From positions 10,323,980-10,387,979 of the forward strand of contig JARDVH010000128.1 of assembly GCA_030324005.1 (NCBI GenBank): 64,000 nucleotides of DNA, read 5' to 3'. Origin of the DNA: Negaprion brevirostris. Its lineage: Eukaryota. The first letter of the stretch is position 1. The number at the start of each line of letters is the position of its first letter. Below are positions 13,460-26,049 of the stretch, in pieces. The position numbers and the translations under genes were made by a program. The notes under the pieces are model-generated. The model was not told where the DNA came from. It made no database searches and saw only the letters and a program-made list of their open reading frames with translations.

Positions 13460-14127
13460 TGTGAGACAATGCATTTTGGAAGGTCTAATATAGATGGGAA
13501 ATATACAATAAATGGCAGAACCCTTAAGAATATTGATTGGCGGAGGGATCTGGATGTACAGGTCACTGAAAGTGGCAATCAGGTGGAAAGGTAGTCAAGA
13601 AGACATATGGCATGCTTGCCATCATTGGCTGGGGTATTGAATTTAAAAATTGGCAAGTCATGTAGCAGCTTTATCGAACCTTAAGCCACACTTGGAAAAT
13701 AGTGTTCAATTCTGGTTGCCACACGAGTGAAGGATGTCGAGGCTTTGGAGAGTGTGNNNNNNNNNNTTGATGAAAGTCTACAAGATTATGAGGGACGTGG
13801 ACAGAATGGCTAGTCAGAAGCTCTTCCCCAGGGTGGAAGAATCAATTAATGGGGGGTTAGGCTTAAGATGCAAGGGGCAAGATTTAAAGGAGATGTACAA
13901 GACAAGCTTTTTACACAGGGTGGTGGGTGCCAGGAACTCGTTGCCCAGGGGGAGGTAGCAGAAATAGATATAATAGTGACTTCTAAGGGGCATCTTGACA
14001 AATACATGAATAGGATGGGAATAGAGGGATAAACCCCGAAAGGGTCGGGACTTTTAGTTCAGTCAAGCAGCATGGTCGGTGCAGGCCTGGAGGACCGAAG
14101 ACTGTAATTTTCTTTATTCTTTGTTCT
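13460..14127 (+). mobile_element. CR1/HER1 LINE 3' portion
   Basis: Degenerate RT C-terminus (KVYKIMRDVDRMASQKLFPRVEES), gcattttggaaggtctaat motif, ttctttgttct tail. Confidence 0.8.
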
Positions 14128-14190
14128 AAAACATCAGTTATCTGGAAAGCCTAGCATGGTAGGCTGGAGGCAGATCTAAAACAAGGGTTT

Positions 14191-14470
14191 GGGCAGCATA
14201 GTAGCATACTGGTTAGCACTGCTGCTTCACAGTGCCTGGGACCTGGGCTTGATTCCTGGCTCGGGTCACTATCTGTGTGGAGTTTGCAAATTCTCCTGCG
14301 TCTGTGTGGGTTTCCTCTGGGCGCTCCAGTTACCTCCCACATTCTGAAAGACATGCTGGTTAGGTGCGTTGACCCGAGAAGGTGCTGGACTGTGGTGACC
14401 AGGGAAATTTCACAGTAATTTCATTGCAGAGTTAATGTAAACCTTACTTGTGACTAATAAATAAACTTTA
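14191..14470 (+). mobile_element. HE1/V-SINE-family SINE
   Basis: gggcagcatagtagcatactggttagcactgctgcttcacagtgcctgggacctggg head, V-domain, taataaataaacttt tail. Confidence 0.85.
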
Positions 14471-14649
14471 TCTTTGAGAGACCACTTAAACAGGAATCAC
14501 GGATAAAATCAAAGGAAGAATTGAGGAATGATGTTCGTATGAGGATGAACCCGTGTGGTTGTTAAAAGGTGTCTGGGATGGCAGAAAAATGGTTTTCAGA
14601 GATGTCCTCCGAGCAGTGAAATAAGTCAGGGCAAGCTGATAATGGGATT

Positions 14650-14748
14650 AAAACAAATTACTTCAGTTGCTGGAATCTGAAACAAAAACATAAAATACAG
14701 TAAAATATCAGCAGGCCTGGCAGCGTCTTTGGAGAGCAAATAGAGTTA
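14650..14748 (-). mobile_element. Penelope-like terminal fragment, truncated by an adjacent MITE-like repeat
   Basis: gctggaatctgaaacaaaaac...cagcaggcctggcagcgtctttggagag..agagtta. Confidence 0.6.
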
Positions 14749-17567
14749 TTGGGTGGGATTTTACAGCCTCACTCTAGTGAGACCAGAAATTCCTGCCCAA
14801 GGTCAACAGAGAATTCTGTCATCAGACTCTCGCCTACTCCAATTCTGAGTTCCGGCAAATGTTTTGTATTTGCATGGCCCTTTGTNNNNNNNNNNNNNNN
14901 NNNNNNNNNNNNNNCACTCTTGGCATTTTTTTGACATCCAAAATGTTCTGTCATTTTCCTACCGGTTCAACAATGTTTGAGAGATTTGGCATTGTTTAAT
15001 TAGTTGATTTATTGCTTTTAATGAACAATTGGTCAAACTGCAAGAGGTCATTTGGAGTATTGGTCTTATGTTTCTCAGATGCCTTGTCTTGTGCTGCTAC
15101 CCCTGTCCCCTTATCCCTGCTTTTCGCTCTCTCGCATTTCTGTTTACATTTTTTTAAACTGTGCCCTTTTTAGCTACTTCACTTAAGGGTGAAACTAAGC
15201 TTTTCAAGGAAATGGGGACACTAAAAAATGCGAAGATAATTTGGTGCACAAATTGAAATATATTCCTGTAAGGTATTAAAATTGAATTTAGTTTAAACCC
15301 TTACTTTAGAACTTTTAATTAACTAGGTAGTAGCTGGCGAGTAGAAGAATAGAGGGGGAATAAAACTCAAAAATATTTTCCTTTTACAAAAGCCCGTTGG
15401 CTGAATTGTGCAGTTACAGAATGGAATGATATCACTATAAAATAGCAGCTCATGTGATGTTGCATAATACAGACGTGGGCATGGTTTTGATGTGTTGAGG
15501 AAATGAAAATTATCAAGAAAATGTTGGTGTTTTTCTTGTTGTTTTCAATGCATACATATTCCAGAAGGCATTCTTCATGCACCCTGTGATATATCCTGCA
15601 TATAATCAGCTGGAAGTTATTTTTGACTTTTCTTGTGGAAAGGCAATTACTCATTTCTGACATCAGAGCCACAGAGCACGAGCAATTGAAGTCTGCCCTA
15701 TTTCTCACTAAAGCACAAAAAGGACTAAAACCAGAATAAATGTAGAGTGAAAACCTAAAATTAATGGAATATAATGGAAAGATTTTAAAATTGGGACCTT
15801 GAACCATACTGTTTTCCACCCAGACATCCTCATTTTTCTGGATTTCCTGTAAGTATGGAGACAAATTATTTCCTTTGATGTATGCTGATGGACATTTTCT
15901 GAATGATAGCACTGTTTCATTTTGTTATTTGTTTTTCATAAATAAGTCAACATTTGCAGTAAATACTCTAAGGAGATAAGTTTGAAACCTTTGTTAACAG
16001 CTTGAGGAATTACAAAGCAGCACTCCAATCTTAATTCTGATGAAAATGATGAACTATGAGACCTTTGCTATCACAACTTCTGGGTCTACATAATCAATCC
16101 CAGGTAACCCCTAGCCTTCTAATTCTGGTTTGCACTGTTTGGTTATTTCGCTTGTGTGTTATGGAAGGCTTACTTTTTGTATATAGTGACTCTATAATTG
16201 ACCCATAACGCATTTAAAAATGACTAACCTTGATTCATGAGTTGATTATTCCATTTTCAATCATACGTCACTTGTATAAAGAATAGTTCAAAATTTTCAA
16301 CATTCCAGCTGAACAGTTATTAGTATCTTAAACTTGATCTATATTTAAGCCCTCTGATTGTATTAGTGCCTCAAATTCAATAGAAAAACCATTTCCATGT
16401 GTCTGTTGCAAGCAGTCAGGATTTAATTTTCTCTATTGTAATATAAGCTAAAGGATTTTTTGAGGTGGCCCTAATTATTTTACAACTTTGAATTACCCTT
16501 TACTGTCTCCGATCCTGATCCATCTTTGCTTTCGCGAGCCCAAGCAATGCAGATTTTAGTGCATCTGACACACAAGTGGTTCACCATCTGCCAAATGATT
16601 TAATTGGATCACATCAAATGCTGCTGGGCAGAATTGTCCACTGTCACAACTGTTGACGACTCCAAAATCATCCGAGAGAACAGTAATAACCTGCCGCCTT
16701 TTATCTGTTACCAGCCAGCTCCTTAAGTCTCTCTAGCACCATCACCCTCAACTCCAACAAGTGCAAGGCTGAAGCAGGTCATTGACATATTTGTCACTAA
16801 GATCGAGCCACTCTGTTCAACTGTTTGTTACTTTCCGATTTTCCCTCAATCCCCAAGTCAAAGCTGTCTTCACACCCTTTGCAAATTCATTTTGTCTGTG
16901 AACTTACTCTCCGAAACCAATGCTTCTTCGAAAAAATCTACTCTTGACTCTATTGTTCTTGCAAACNNNNNNNNNNNNNNNNNNNNNNNNNNNNNNNNNN
17001 NNNNNNNNNNNNNNNNNNNNNNNNNNNNNNNNNNNNNNNNNNNNNNNNNNNNNNNNNNNNNNNNNNTCTATTGTTCTTGCAAACTACCACTGCATTTTCA
17101 ACCACCTTTTCTCTTCCAAAGTCTTTGAAAATGAATGTCCATCTTCAAGAACGCAGCTCACCGCCACCTCCTGAAGGGCAACCAGGAATGGGCAATAAAT
17201 GCTGGCCTAGCCAGCGATGCCCACATCCTGTAAAATTAAAAAAAAAAAACTTTCAGTTCTGAAAGTCCTAATTCTTTCTGGTGCTCACTACAGTACACTC
17301 CAGTTGAGGTTGAACCACTGTTTCTGTCTCTTTTTATCAAGCTCAGGATCTGATATGTCTTTTTAACCGCAGTCTCAAACTGCCCTGCCACCTCTAATAA
17401 TTTTGTGAACATTTACCCTGAGATCTCTGTTCACGACTTTCTTTAGCATGACACCTTTCAGTTTATGTTGACTCTTTGTCCTTCCTACCAAAATGTATCA
17501 TTTCAAGCTTTTGTGTATTAAATTATTTTTGCCATGTGTTCACCCATTCCAAGCCCAGTCTACATCC

Positions 17568-17880
17568 TAGAATCATCAAATTCCTACAATATAGAAGGAG
17601 ACCATTTGACCCATTGTGTTTGTACCAAACATAATCTCACCCAGGCCCTATTCCTGCAACCCCATACATTTAGCTTGCTCATCCCCTTGACACTAAGTCA
17701 ATGTAGCATGGCCTGTCCACCTAACCTGCACATCTTGACTGTGCGAGGAAACCAGAGCACACGGAGGAAACCCACACAGACACAGAATGTGCAAACTCCG
17801 CACAGACAATGACCTGAGGCTGGAATTGAAAATGGGACCCTGTTGCTGTGAGATATGAATGCTAACCACTGTGCTGCCTC
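17568..17880 (-). mobile_element. HE1 SINE
   Basis: gaggaaaccagagcacacggaggaaacccacacagacac...gtgcaaactccgcacagac...gctaaccactgtgctgcc. Confidence 0.85.
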
Positions 17881-18645
17881 TTGAAGTTGATCGTTAACTT
17901 CCTCACAGTTCACCATACTTCCAATCTGCAGGTTTTAAAATTGTGGTCCATACATCCAAATCTAGCTCATTATAGACCCAAGTGATTCTAGTACCGACTC
18001 CACTGGAACTTCATTGTATACCTTCCTCCACTGTGAAAAATCATTTGTTCACCAGAACTGTTTGCTGTCCTTCAGCGAACCTCACGTAAATGTTGCCACT
18101 GTCTCTTGACGGGCTTCAGTTTTGCTAACGAGCTTATTACCTGGCAATTTATCAGACACTCTTTGGATATCGACGTGTGCCTCATCAGCCACATTGTCCT
18201 CATTAATGCTCTCTGTTACCTCATCAAGAATAATTAAGTTAGTCTAACATGATTTGCCCATAAGTTTGAGCTGGCTTTCCTCAGTTGTCCACATTTATCC
18301 AAGCGGCTGTTAATTTTGACTTGGATTATTGTTCCTTAAATCTTTCCAACAGCAAGCATAAAGTGACTGGCCTGCAGTTGCTAGCTTTTTCGAAACTTTT
18401 TTGAGCAAGGGTGAAACTTTTACAATTCTCCTGTTCTGTGGAACTACCTCCCTACTAAAAGAGGATTGGAAAATTTGTGGATGTATCCTATTCATTTCTG
18501 GTGACTTATCACCATTAAGCTTTTTTAATTTCTTTGCATTATCACTTTTAGCCCGCCTACTATCAGGACTTTGGTATTATCATTTCCTTTGCAAAACAGC
18601 TATAAAGTGCACGTTAAGTATCCCAACCATGTCCCCCTTACCACA

Positions 18646-18890
18646 TGATGTGGGTATGCCGGCGTTGGACTGGGGTAAACACAGTAAAAAAGTCTGACAA
18701 CACCAGGTTTTAGTCCAACCGATTTATTTGATANNNNNNNNNNNNNNNNNNNNNNNNNNNNNNNNNNNNNNNNNNNNNNNNNNNNNNNNNNNNNNNNNNN
18801 NNNNNNNNNNNNNNNNNNNNNNNNNNNNNNNNNTTATCAAATAAATCGGTTGGACTAAAACCTGGTGTTGTCAGACTTTTTACTGTGACT
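18646..18890. mobile_element. Young fold-back Penelope-derived element with 12-bp direct repeat flanks
   Basis: ~54-bp near-perfect inverted arms (cacagtaaaaaagtctgacaacaccaggttttagtccaaccgatttatttgata / reverse complement) around a 100-N gap; ccccttaccaca at 18634-18645 and 18891-18902. Confidence 0.8.
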
Positions 18891-19376
18891 CCCCTTACCA
18901 CACACAGTTCCACATTTTGGTGCCTCACTCGCCTTACAGCACTTTTACGATTGAAAATGCCATAAAAGACTTTGGATTCCCTTTTATAATCAGCTGCCAG
19001 TCCATTTGAGTCTCTTATTTCCTTTTTCATATTCCTCTCTGAATTTTTTATATTGAACCTATATATAGTTCTCACTTGTTTTAAGAACCTAAATGTTGTC
19101 ATAAACTGTCTTTTTCTGTTTCATTTTACTCTATCTCTTTCAGGGAACTATTGTTTTAGTTTCCCTGTCTTTCCCTCTTGTGAGCATGTACTTCAATTAT
19201 ACCCAGTCCATCTCTTGAAAGGAATTCTATTGGTTCCAGTTTTCGTACCAGTTTTTGATTCCAATTTATCCAGGAGTGCTTGCCTCTCAACCCTCTGAAG
19301 TTGACTCTACTTCAATTCAGAATTTGTACTCTGAATTTCCATAGCTAATCTAAACCTCAAGATATAATCATTATTA

Positions 19377-19598
19377 GGTAAAGTCATCGTAGTCCCAGAT
19401 GATCATTGGCTACTCTCCTCTTTGAGGGGAAGAGTTGATTGATGGTGATTTAACCCAAGGATCACCACACCTGAGGCAAGGGGCAAGGTTGAGAAAGTGG
19501 GTGTTCATGAATAACCCCAGATGGTACAGGAATTGAACCCGCACTGCTGGTTTTACTGTGCATCACAAACCAGTCGTCTAGCCATCTGAGCTATCTGA
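19377..19598 (-). mobile_element. Second tRNA-derived SINE family
   Basis: Minus strand: tagctcagatggctagacg (A box)...gggttcaattcc (B box)...ctgggactacgatgactttacc tail; other copies at 53046-53235 and 53772-53828. Confidence 0.7.
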
Positions 19599-20509
19599 CC
19601 CAACTGAATCATCATTATTCCCAAAATGTTCTGGTACTTGCATTTCATCCATTTGATGAACAAGGCTGAGAGTGGGCAATGAGGAAAAAGAAGGCCTAGA
19701 ATGGAGGAGGAAAGAATAAGATTGAGAATGGCGCAGTGNNNNNNNNNNNNNNNNNNNNNNNNNNNNNNNNNNNNNNNNNNNNCCTGCTCCTATTTCTTAT
19801 GCTCTTATGTTCTTAAGAGCAGTAAATATTTCATGTTATGTTAATTATGTAATCTTGTTATGAGATCAAATTTGCCTTGTTGAGCTGGGGACTGGGATCT
19901 ACGAGTCCTCACAAACCCCAAGAGTTTCAGTGCATGTGTGGATCAGGAGCCAGTTGTACATGCGTAATCCAATACTCTTGGGCTGAGGACAAGAGCCTAG
20001 TGCAACTGTTCAGAGGAAAATGCGCAACAACCCAGGAGAGGGGCACCATAGCTGAAGCATCCTGGGACATGTCAGGGAGAGGCCTCTGAAAGAGGGAAAT
20101 AGAGAACTCATGAAGGAGGAGGAGATCACCAGTAGGGTCACAAAGGAAGAGGCTCCAACTAGTGACAGTGCTGAGGATGGCAGACCTCAAGTAATGAGCG
20201 TTCAGTGGAAACTCTGAGGATCTGAGAAGGCAGCAGAAGGCTGTGGGTCGTTGGGGCAAAGGTAATCTTTTCGAGCAGTAGTGTTCTAACCGGCAAGGCT
20301 CAAGAGCTGATGAAAATTCCAAGGCTAGATATTAGGGGATAAAGTCTGGAATCCTTTGAGAGAGAGATTCATTGACTCGCAGAGTTTATCAATGTTTGGG
20401 TGGGTTGCTGAGAATCTGTCTTGGTCGCATTTGCCGTTTAATGTCTAGTGTGGGTGTTGACAAGAATATTTTTGAGACCAAGGCTGGGTTTTGTTTTTTG
20501 GCAGTGGAG

Positions 20510-20656
20510 TGGCTTCCGGCTGGATCTTCCGGTCCCAGCTGAAGTCAGTGGTCATTTGCATTGCTTGCTGGCTGTACCACTGTGGAACCTGCTGTGTGGG
20601 ATGACCTTAGGCAGGACCGGAAGATTCTGCTGATAGAGCCAGAAAATCCTGCCCCA
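20510..20656. mobile_element. Palindromic Harbinger/PIF-type MITE fragment
   Basis: ggatcttccggtcc...ggaccggaagatt inverted pair; end gaaaatcctgccc; similar ends at about 2826 and 14751. Confidence 0.45.
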
Positions 20657-22275
20657 AATCTGAAGGCAAAAGATAGGAGGTCAACTTATACATGATTAAT
20701 AATTTTGAGACGTTGAAATCTTTGCATTTTCTTCACTATGATGAGGGCAAACCACATTTAATCGCATAATCCACATTAAATGATAAAACTACAAAATATT
20801 CACGTGGTTTAAGATTCACCAAGAGCCCTAACTCTCTGCACAGTATTAGCATTGTTTCACATCAGGACTGCCTGAGCTAGCATAACCAATTTGGCACCAT
20901 TTTGGAGTAGCTTCTCTGACCTGAGATTCTCTGCTACTTATTGCTTCCCTACGCAACTTTCCTGCTCACCACTCCTTATGCTCATTTCCTCCCTCTCGCC
21001 CTCTACTGAGCCCTTATTCACAGCAAAGGTTCAGGGGAGAAAGCAGCAAACAGGAGAGTTGACCTACGGAAGAGGCGGTAGGCATATAATAATTTGAAAG
21101 TCTTGGGATTTTTCAGCAAAAGTCAGGATCAACCTTAACACATAATTTGCTATGATTTAAGTATATATGGCTTTTGTCCAAAACATCATTGGGGGATGAA
21201 ATTCCAGCAGTGAGAATGTAACCTGCAGAAAAGTTGTTAATTGCTTTTGTCATTCTAAAACGTATAATCTCCACAAAATGCAGATTTACACATTTTATCA
21301 TACAGTGTAGCTGATGTGCTGGAGAATGCTTATTGGGAGCAACTAAGATTGACTTCATTTGTATCTCCAACCCAACCATCTTATCTTTAAGGACATCAGT
21401 CTTCATGGACTTAAAAACATCACACAGCTGTTCAGCAAATAAAAATAGAATCTTTTGTGTGCAAGGTTTAGTGACATGGATGTTCTGTCGAGTTGTATTA
21501 CATCAATAACTGTTAAGATTTTGCAGAGCTTTTAAATATTGAATCTCAAAGTGAGAGCAGTAATTGTGAAGACTTGTTTGCGGGTTAGCCCACTGACACT
21601 TGTCAAGTGCTGTTTCATGTTGTTAAAGTCAACTTTTACATATATTCGAGTTCCCTCAAAGGTGAGCAGAGTTAGGATTGCTTATACTTTGCCTATTTGC
21701 TAAATAGTATCTGTTGCAGTAGCAGCTGCTGCATTTGAAAGCTAACTTTATATGAAAAAGTATTATCACTTTGGGTTTAGAAATAGATCTGAATTGCTTT
21801 TGCTTGTACTCTCAAAGAAGCTGTTGATCACCTTTTTCTGGGTGTTTACCAAACATTTTGAAAAGCGGAGTCATCCTTCTGATTGTCAGTAATTGTATCA
21901 TGTCAGTTTCGGAACACTATTGCAACTATGACTTCACTGTTTCAGTAGTCATGGTTCTTTATAATATAAAGTAAGGTTTATATTACTTTTATTATAATGA
22001 GAAACTATTTACTGAGTAGTGACTCAAAAAATATTTTTTGTTTATATTTTTAAGTTCTCTGTTATAGCAGGAGCACTTTACAATCACTTAATTACTTTGA
22101 GCACAGCAATTTTTCTTTTATCGGCAAATTCAGCAGCCATTTTGCTTCAGAGGTCCCATAAATAACATGAGATGTGATGAGATAAATTGTGATTAATTTA
22201 GTTAAAAGATAATTAAATTAATTAAAGATAATTTAACTATTATAACTATTAACTATTATATTTATAATTTAACAT

Positions 22276-22588
22276 GCTGCCACATAGTGGCTAGCACTGC
22301 TGCTTCACAGCTCCAGGGGCCTGGGTTCAATTCCCACCTTGGGTCACTGTCTGGGTGGAGTTTGCACATTCTCCTTTTGTCTGCGTGGGTTTCCTCCCAC
22401 AGTCCCAAGATGTGCGGGTTAGGTTAATTGGCCATGCTAAAATTGTCCCTTAGTGTCCTGAGGTGTGTAGGTTAGAAGATTAGCGGGTAACTATGTAGGG
22501 AGAAGGGGGGAGGGCCTGGGTGGGATTGTCGTCGGTGCAGACCTGATGGGCCAAATGGCCTCTTTCTGCACTGTAGGGTTTGTATGAT
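22276..22588 (+). mobile_element. HE1 SINE (near full length)
   Basis: tagtggctagcactgctgcttcacagctccagggg...gggttcaattcc...ggagtttgcacattctc...tctgcactgtagggtt tail. Confidence 0.9.
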
Positions 22589-23399
22589 AAGAATGAGAGA
22601 AAAGGTGGTATGCAAACAGAATTAGTCGCTGATCGTGTGGAGCAGGAGAAACCATAGGATATCAGTAAACTATTGGATGGCAGTAAACATTTGGATGCCA
22701 GTGTGGAATTGAGGGGGGACACTTGTACTCATTTGTTTAAACATTACTTTTGGCTGGTGGCCTGCACCTGTCCCTTTAAGGATCACCAGTTGGGATGCTT
22801 GAGTACTTTGCTTGGCAGTTGGCCAACTGTTGGCTGTTTCCAAACCCCAGACTGGCAAAGGAAACATCAAGTGAGGTTTAGGTTTTTCAGAACTGGAAAT
22901 AAATGTTCTCACGTCTGTTTCAAGCATGGATAGTAGATGTCGCTCTTGGTGACTCTATCAATGCATATGGGCAACATGCTTCTTGCCATCTTGGAGACTT
23001 TGGTATCTGTTTTTGCACCGGTGATCAGAACAGAGTCAGTGAGTCTCCAACACATGTGCCCTTGTCCATCAGAATGAAACAATCATATTCAATCTGATGC
23101 AGCTGACAATTACAAAGATTTAGTACCTCGTCCCCTGAACTTAATTTTCCTAATTGAATGTGATGGCATTTTGAGATGGATAATGTTTTTACTATTTGGG
23201 TAATGGCTGGTGCTCCAGCGCTTGCAAATATCTCAAATACAAGCTGGGAAATTTTATTGGGTTCTCTTGATTGTCCTGCTCTGACGTGTGTGGGTGATTA
23301 TCTCAACTCCTGCAGAAACTTGGTTCATCTTCTTGTTTTTAGACACTTGTACCACTTCAGTCGATCACCTCCTGGACAAATTCCAGGCAAATATTTTAA

Positions 23400-23685
23400 A
23401 ATGATCCTCTCCTGCAATACCTCAAACTCATCCCATTCCCAAGGCACTTTCCCATGCAATTGTAGAAGGTGCAACACCTGCCCCTTTACCTTCTTCCTGC
23501 TCACCATGTAAGGCCCTGAAAGTTCCTTTCAGGTTAAGGAACATTTCACTTGTTTTTTGTTCACTTTAGCCCACCGTATTTGTTGCTCCCAACCGGGACT
23601 TCTCTGCACTGGGGAAACTAATCACAGACTGGGTGACCGCTTTGCGAAATACCTTCATTCAGCCCGCAAGCATGACCCCCAACTT
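23400..23685 (+). mobile_element. Penelope-like element GIY-YIG endonuclease fragment (pseudogenic)
   Basis: GTFPCNCRRCNTCPF...M*GPESSFQVKEHFTC...RICCSQPGLLCTGETNHRLGDRFAKYLHS; decayed CxxC..YIGET..RF.EH PLE endonuclease motif. Confidence 0.85.
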
Positions 23686-23844
23686 TAAAGTTAGAAGTTT
23701 ACCTATTAATGTCACAAGTAGGTTTACATTAACACTGCAATGAANNNNNNNNNNNNNNNNNNNNNNNNNNNNNNNNNNNNNNNNNNNNNNNNNNNNNNNN
23801 NNNNNNNNNNNNNNNNNNNNNNNNNNNNNNNNNNNNNNNNNNNN
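23686..23844 (-). mobile_element. V-SINE tail inserted in the PLE fragment (body in gap)
   Basis: gtcacaagtaggtttacattaacactgcaatgaa is the reverse complement of the SINE tail. Confidence 0.65.
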
Positions 23845-24619
23845 TCGCTGTTTGTATGTGGCTTGAAAGCTGATTTCTGTTGAAAATTTCAATTTGCACA
23901 TTTTAATTGTCAAGCCAGGCTTTCAAATAAATCCCAAAGGCAATCTCCAGGAAGACTACATACAATGAACTTCGAGCAAATCCTTCACAAACTTGAGCTA
24001 ATCCAAATATCTTTGACCCATGATTTTTGCACCCAAATGTTATACTTGTCATTCAGTTAAATCGTTTGTGAAACCATCTGTATCTATCTGAAAAGCTGAC
24101 TGAAAGGAGAAAGAAATTTTGATTGTTGTTAGAATTCTGGTTTGTTTTTACACTTTAATTTTATTTTCTTATGATTGGAGTTACTGTTCCAAAGCAATGT
24201 CTTGTTCAAAATTCACCACACTTTTAAGCATCTATTGATTATACATCTTGTACTAAAATAGTACACTATTTCAATGTTGAGTAGATGTTTGCAGTAGAAA
24301 TGTGTAAACTTTATATTCCAGAAAAAATATAAAGGATGTCCTTACATTTATAAACATTATGCATAACATCCATCAATTGTTCAGAACATTAATTATCAAC
24401 CATCTGTCCCTCATTCTGTTATGCCCATTCCAGTTTCATAAGATTCTTTCTATTTCTATTTAAAGTTGTATTTTATGTATAATTAAAATAAAAAGAGGGG
24501 AAATATTAAATTAATTTAACCCAACCTCTGGTGAGGACAGATTACATTCACACATTGTTAAAGAATCTAGGAAGAGATAGAGGCATTGTTACGCACATTT
24601 CAAAAGTGTAGTGCCAGAA

Positions 24620-25770
24620 GACCTATTTCGAAAACAAGAGCAGGGACTTATCCAGGAAACTTTTTGACTTGCCAATTTAACATCTGTGGTCAGAAAGATA
24701 ATGAAATCCCTACTACAGGAGAAAATAGAAAAACAGCTAGAGGCTGAAAATTTAATAAATAACCAGGCATGCATTACAAAAGGAAATGTCTTGCTTGACC
24801 AACCTTAGGAATTTTTTGAGAAAGTAACAGAGTGCTGAGAGGGGTGCTGTAGTTGATGTAATTTATCTAGATTTCCAAAAGACCTTTGATAAGGTGCCAC
24901 TGAGTGGACTGATAAGTCAAGGCCAAGGAACGGAACTGAGAGCTAATGGCTTCAATGCAGCAAGTAGAGCAGAGGGGTAAGGGGTTATTTAGAGAGGCAG
25001 AAGGTGGAAAGTGAAATCCCATAAAGATCAGGAAAAGGGAACAGCATTCACAAGATTAAATCAACTACTTAGACTTTGAAATCAAAAACACAGTTTCTCA
25101 ACTTGCAGATGACACCAAAAACTAAAAAAAAAGATGAGTAAGGTTAACGAGGCCACTTTTTTTCTAAAAAGAAAACCAAGCACTCAGGTTTATTTCTAGA
25201 GGAGTAGAATTGAACAGGAGAGATGTTATGCTAAATTTATTTCAAATCTTGGTGAGACCATGTTTGGAGTGCTTTGTGCAGTTCTGGTGGCCATAATACA
25301 AAAAGGACACAGAGATATTGCAACAGGTATATAAAGAATTGACATGGATTGTATCAAGTACTAGTTTTAATTTCTATCAGGAACTGAACAGGTTGTGTCT
25401 CCTTTATTTTGGAAAGTCCAGACTGAGCGGGCGATTTAATAGATGCATTTTGATAGCGTAGATGAGAAGAACCTGTTTCCATTTGTGGGGACACGTAAAA
25501 TTAAAGGTTATCAATAACAGATGGACACCAAAAAATCAAGTTGGGAATTCCAGAGAAAAAATTTATCCAGAGAGTGGAGGGGGAGTAAAACTCGCGACCA
25601 TAGACAAGGTGTGAAACTAATTAGTGTACATGTCCATTTAAGGGAAGATTGAATGAGTAAATGAAAGAGAATGGAAGAAATAGCTATGTTTTAAGTGAAA
25701 GGAGGACTGAATGAAACATAAACGCTGGCATAGACTGGTTCGGTTGAATGGCCTTATTTCTGGCTATAGA
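24620..25770 (+). mobile_element. Decayed CR1 LINE (RT and 3' end)
   Basis: gttgatgtaatttatctagatttccaaaagacctttgataaggtgcca (VDVIYLDFQKTFDKVP), cttgcagatgacacca (LADDT), VRPCLECFVQFWWP. Confidence 0.85.
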
Positions 25771-26049
25771 TTCCATCTAATGCTGTTTCATACAGCTTTT
25801 TAATTTCCTTGCGCAATTATGTTTCAAGTAAGAATAAATATGAAAATAAAAACAGTGCCGTCTTGAGATAGCAAGTTATGTGGAAATATTTCTCGGAACC
25901 AAAATTATTTCATTTGTAATGACTCAATTTAGACAATTTAGGAACTTTTTAGCAATGAGTCATCCAACTGCTTTGAACTTGTCAGGTATCTTATTCAGAT
26001 AAATGCAAATGCTGTTTAATTTTGCAAACCAGCTGACCTTTTTTTTGTT

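Larger units (their letters stand above)
17260..19370 (-). mobile_element. Fragmented CR1 LINE with nested SINE and Penelope-derived insertions
   Basis: Minus-strand CR1 RT remnants (VVPQNRRIVKVSPLLKK; ESKVFY...KSAVR). Confidence 0.65.

Noticed and set aside
15367-15912. Longest ORF in the track (181 aa, minus strand)
   Set aside because: No recognisable domain; composition typical of a chance AT-rich intronic ORF.
16949-17084. 18-bp direct repeat flanking an N block, TSD-like
   Set aside because: The gap is exactly 100 N; most likely a duplicated contig overlap, and unverifiable here.
19870-20460. Possible solo LTR
   Set aside because: Looks repeat-like but no clear TG...CA ends, TSD or PBS/PPT could be identified.
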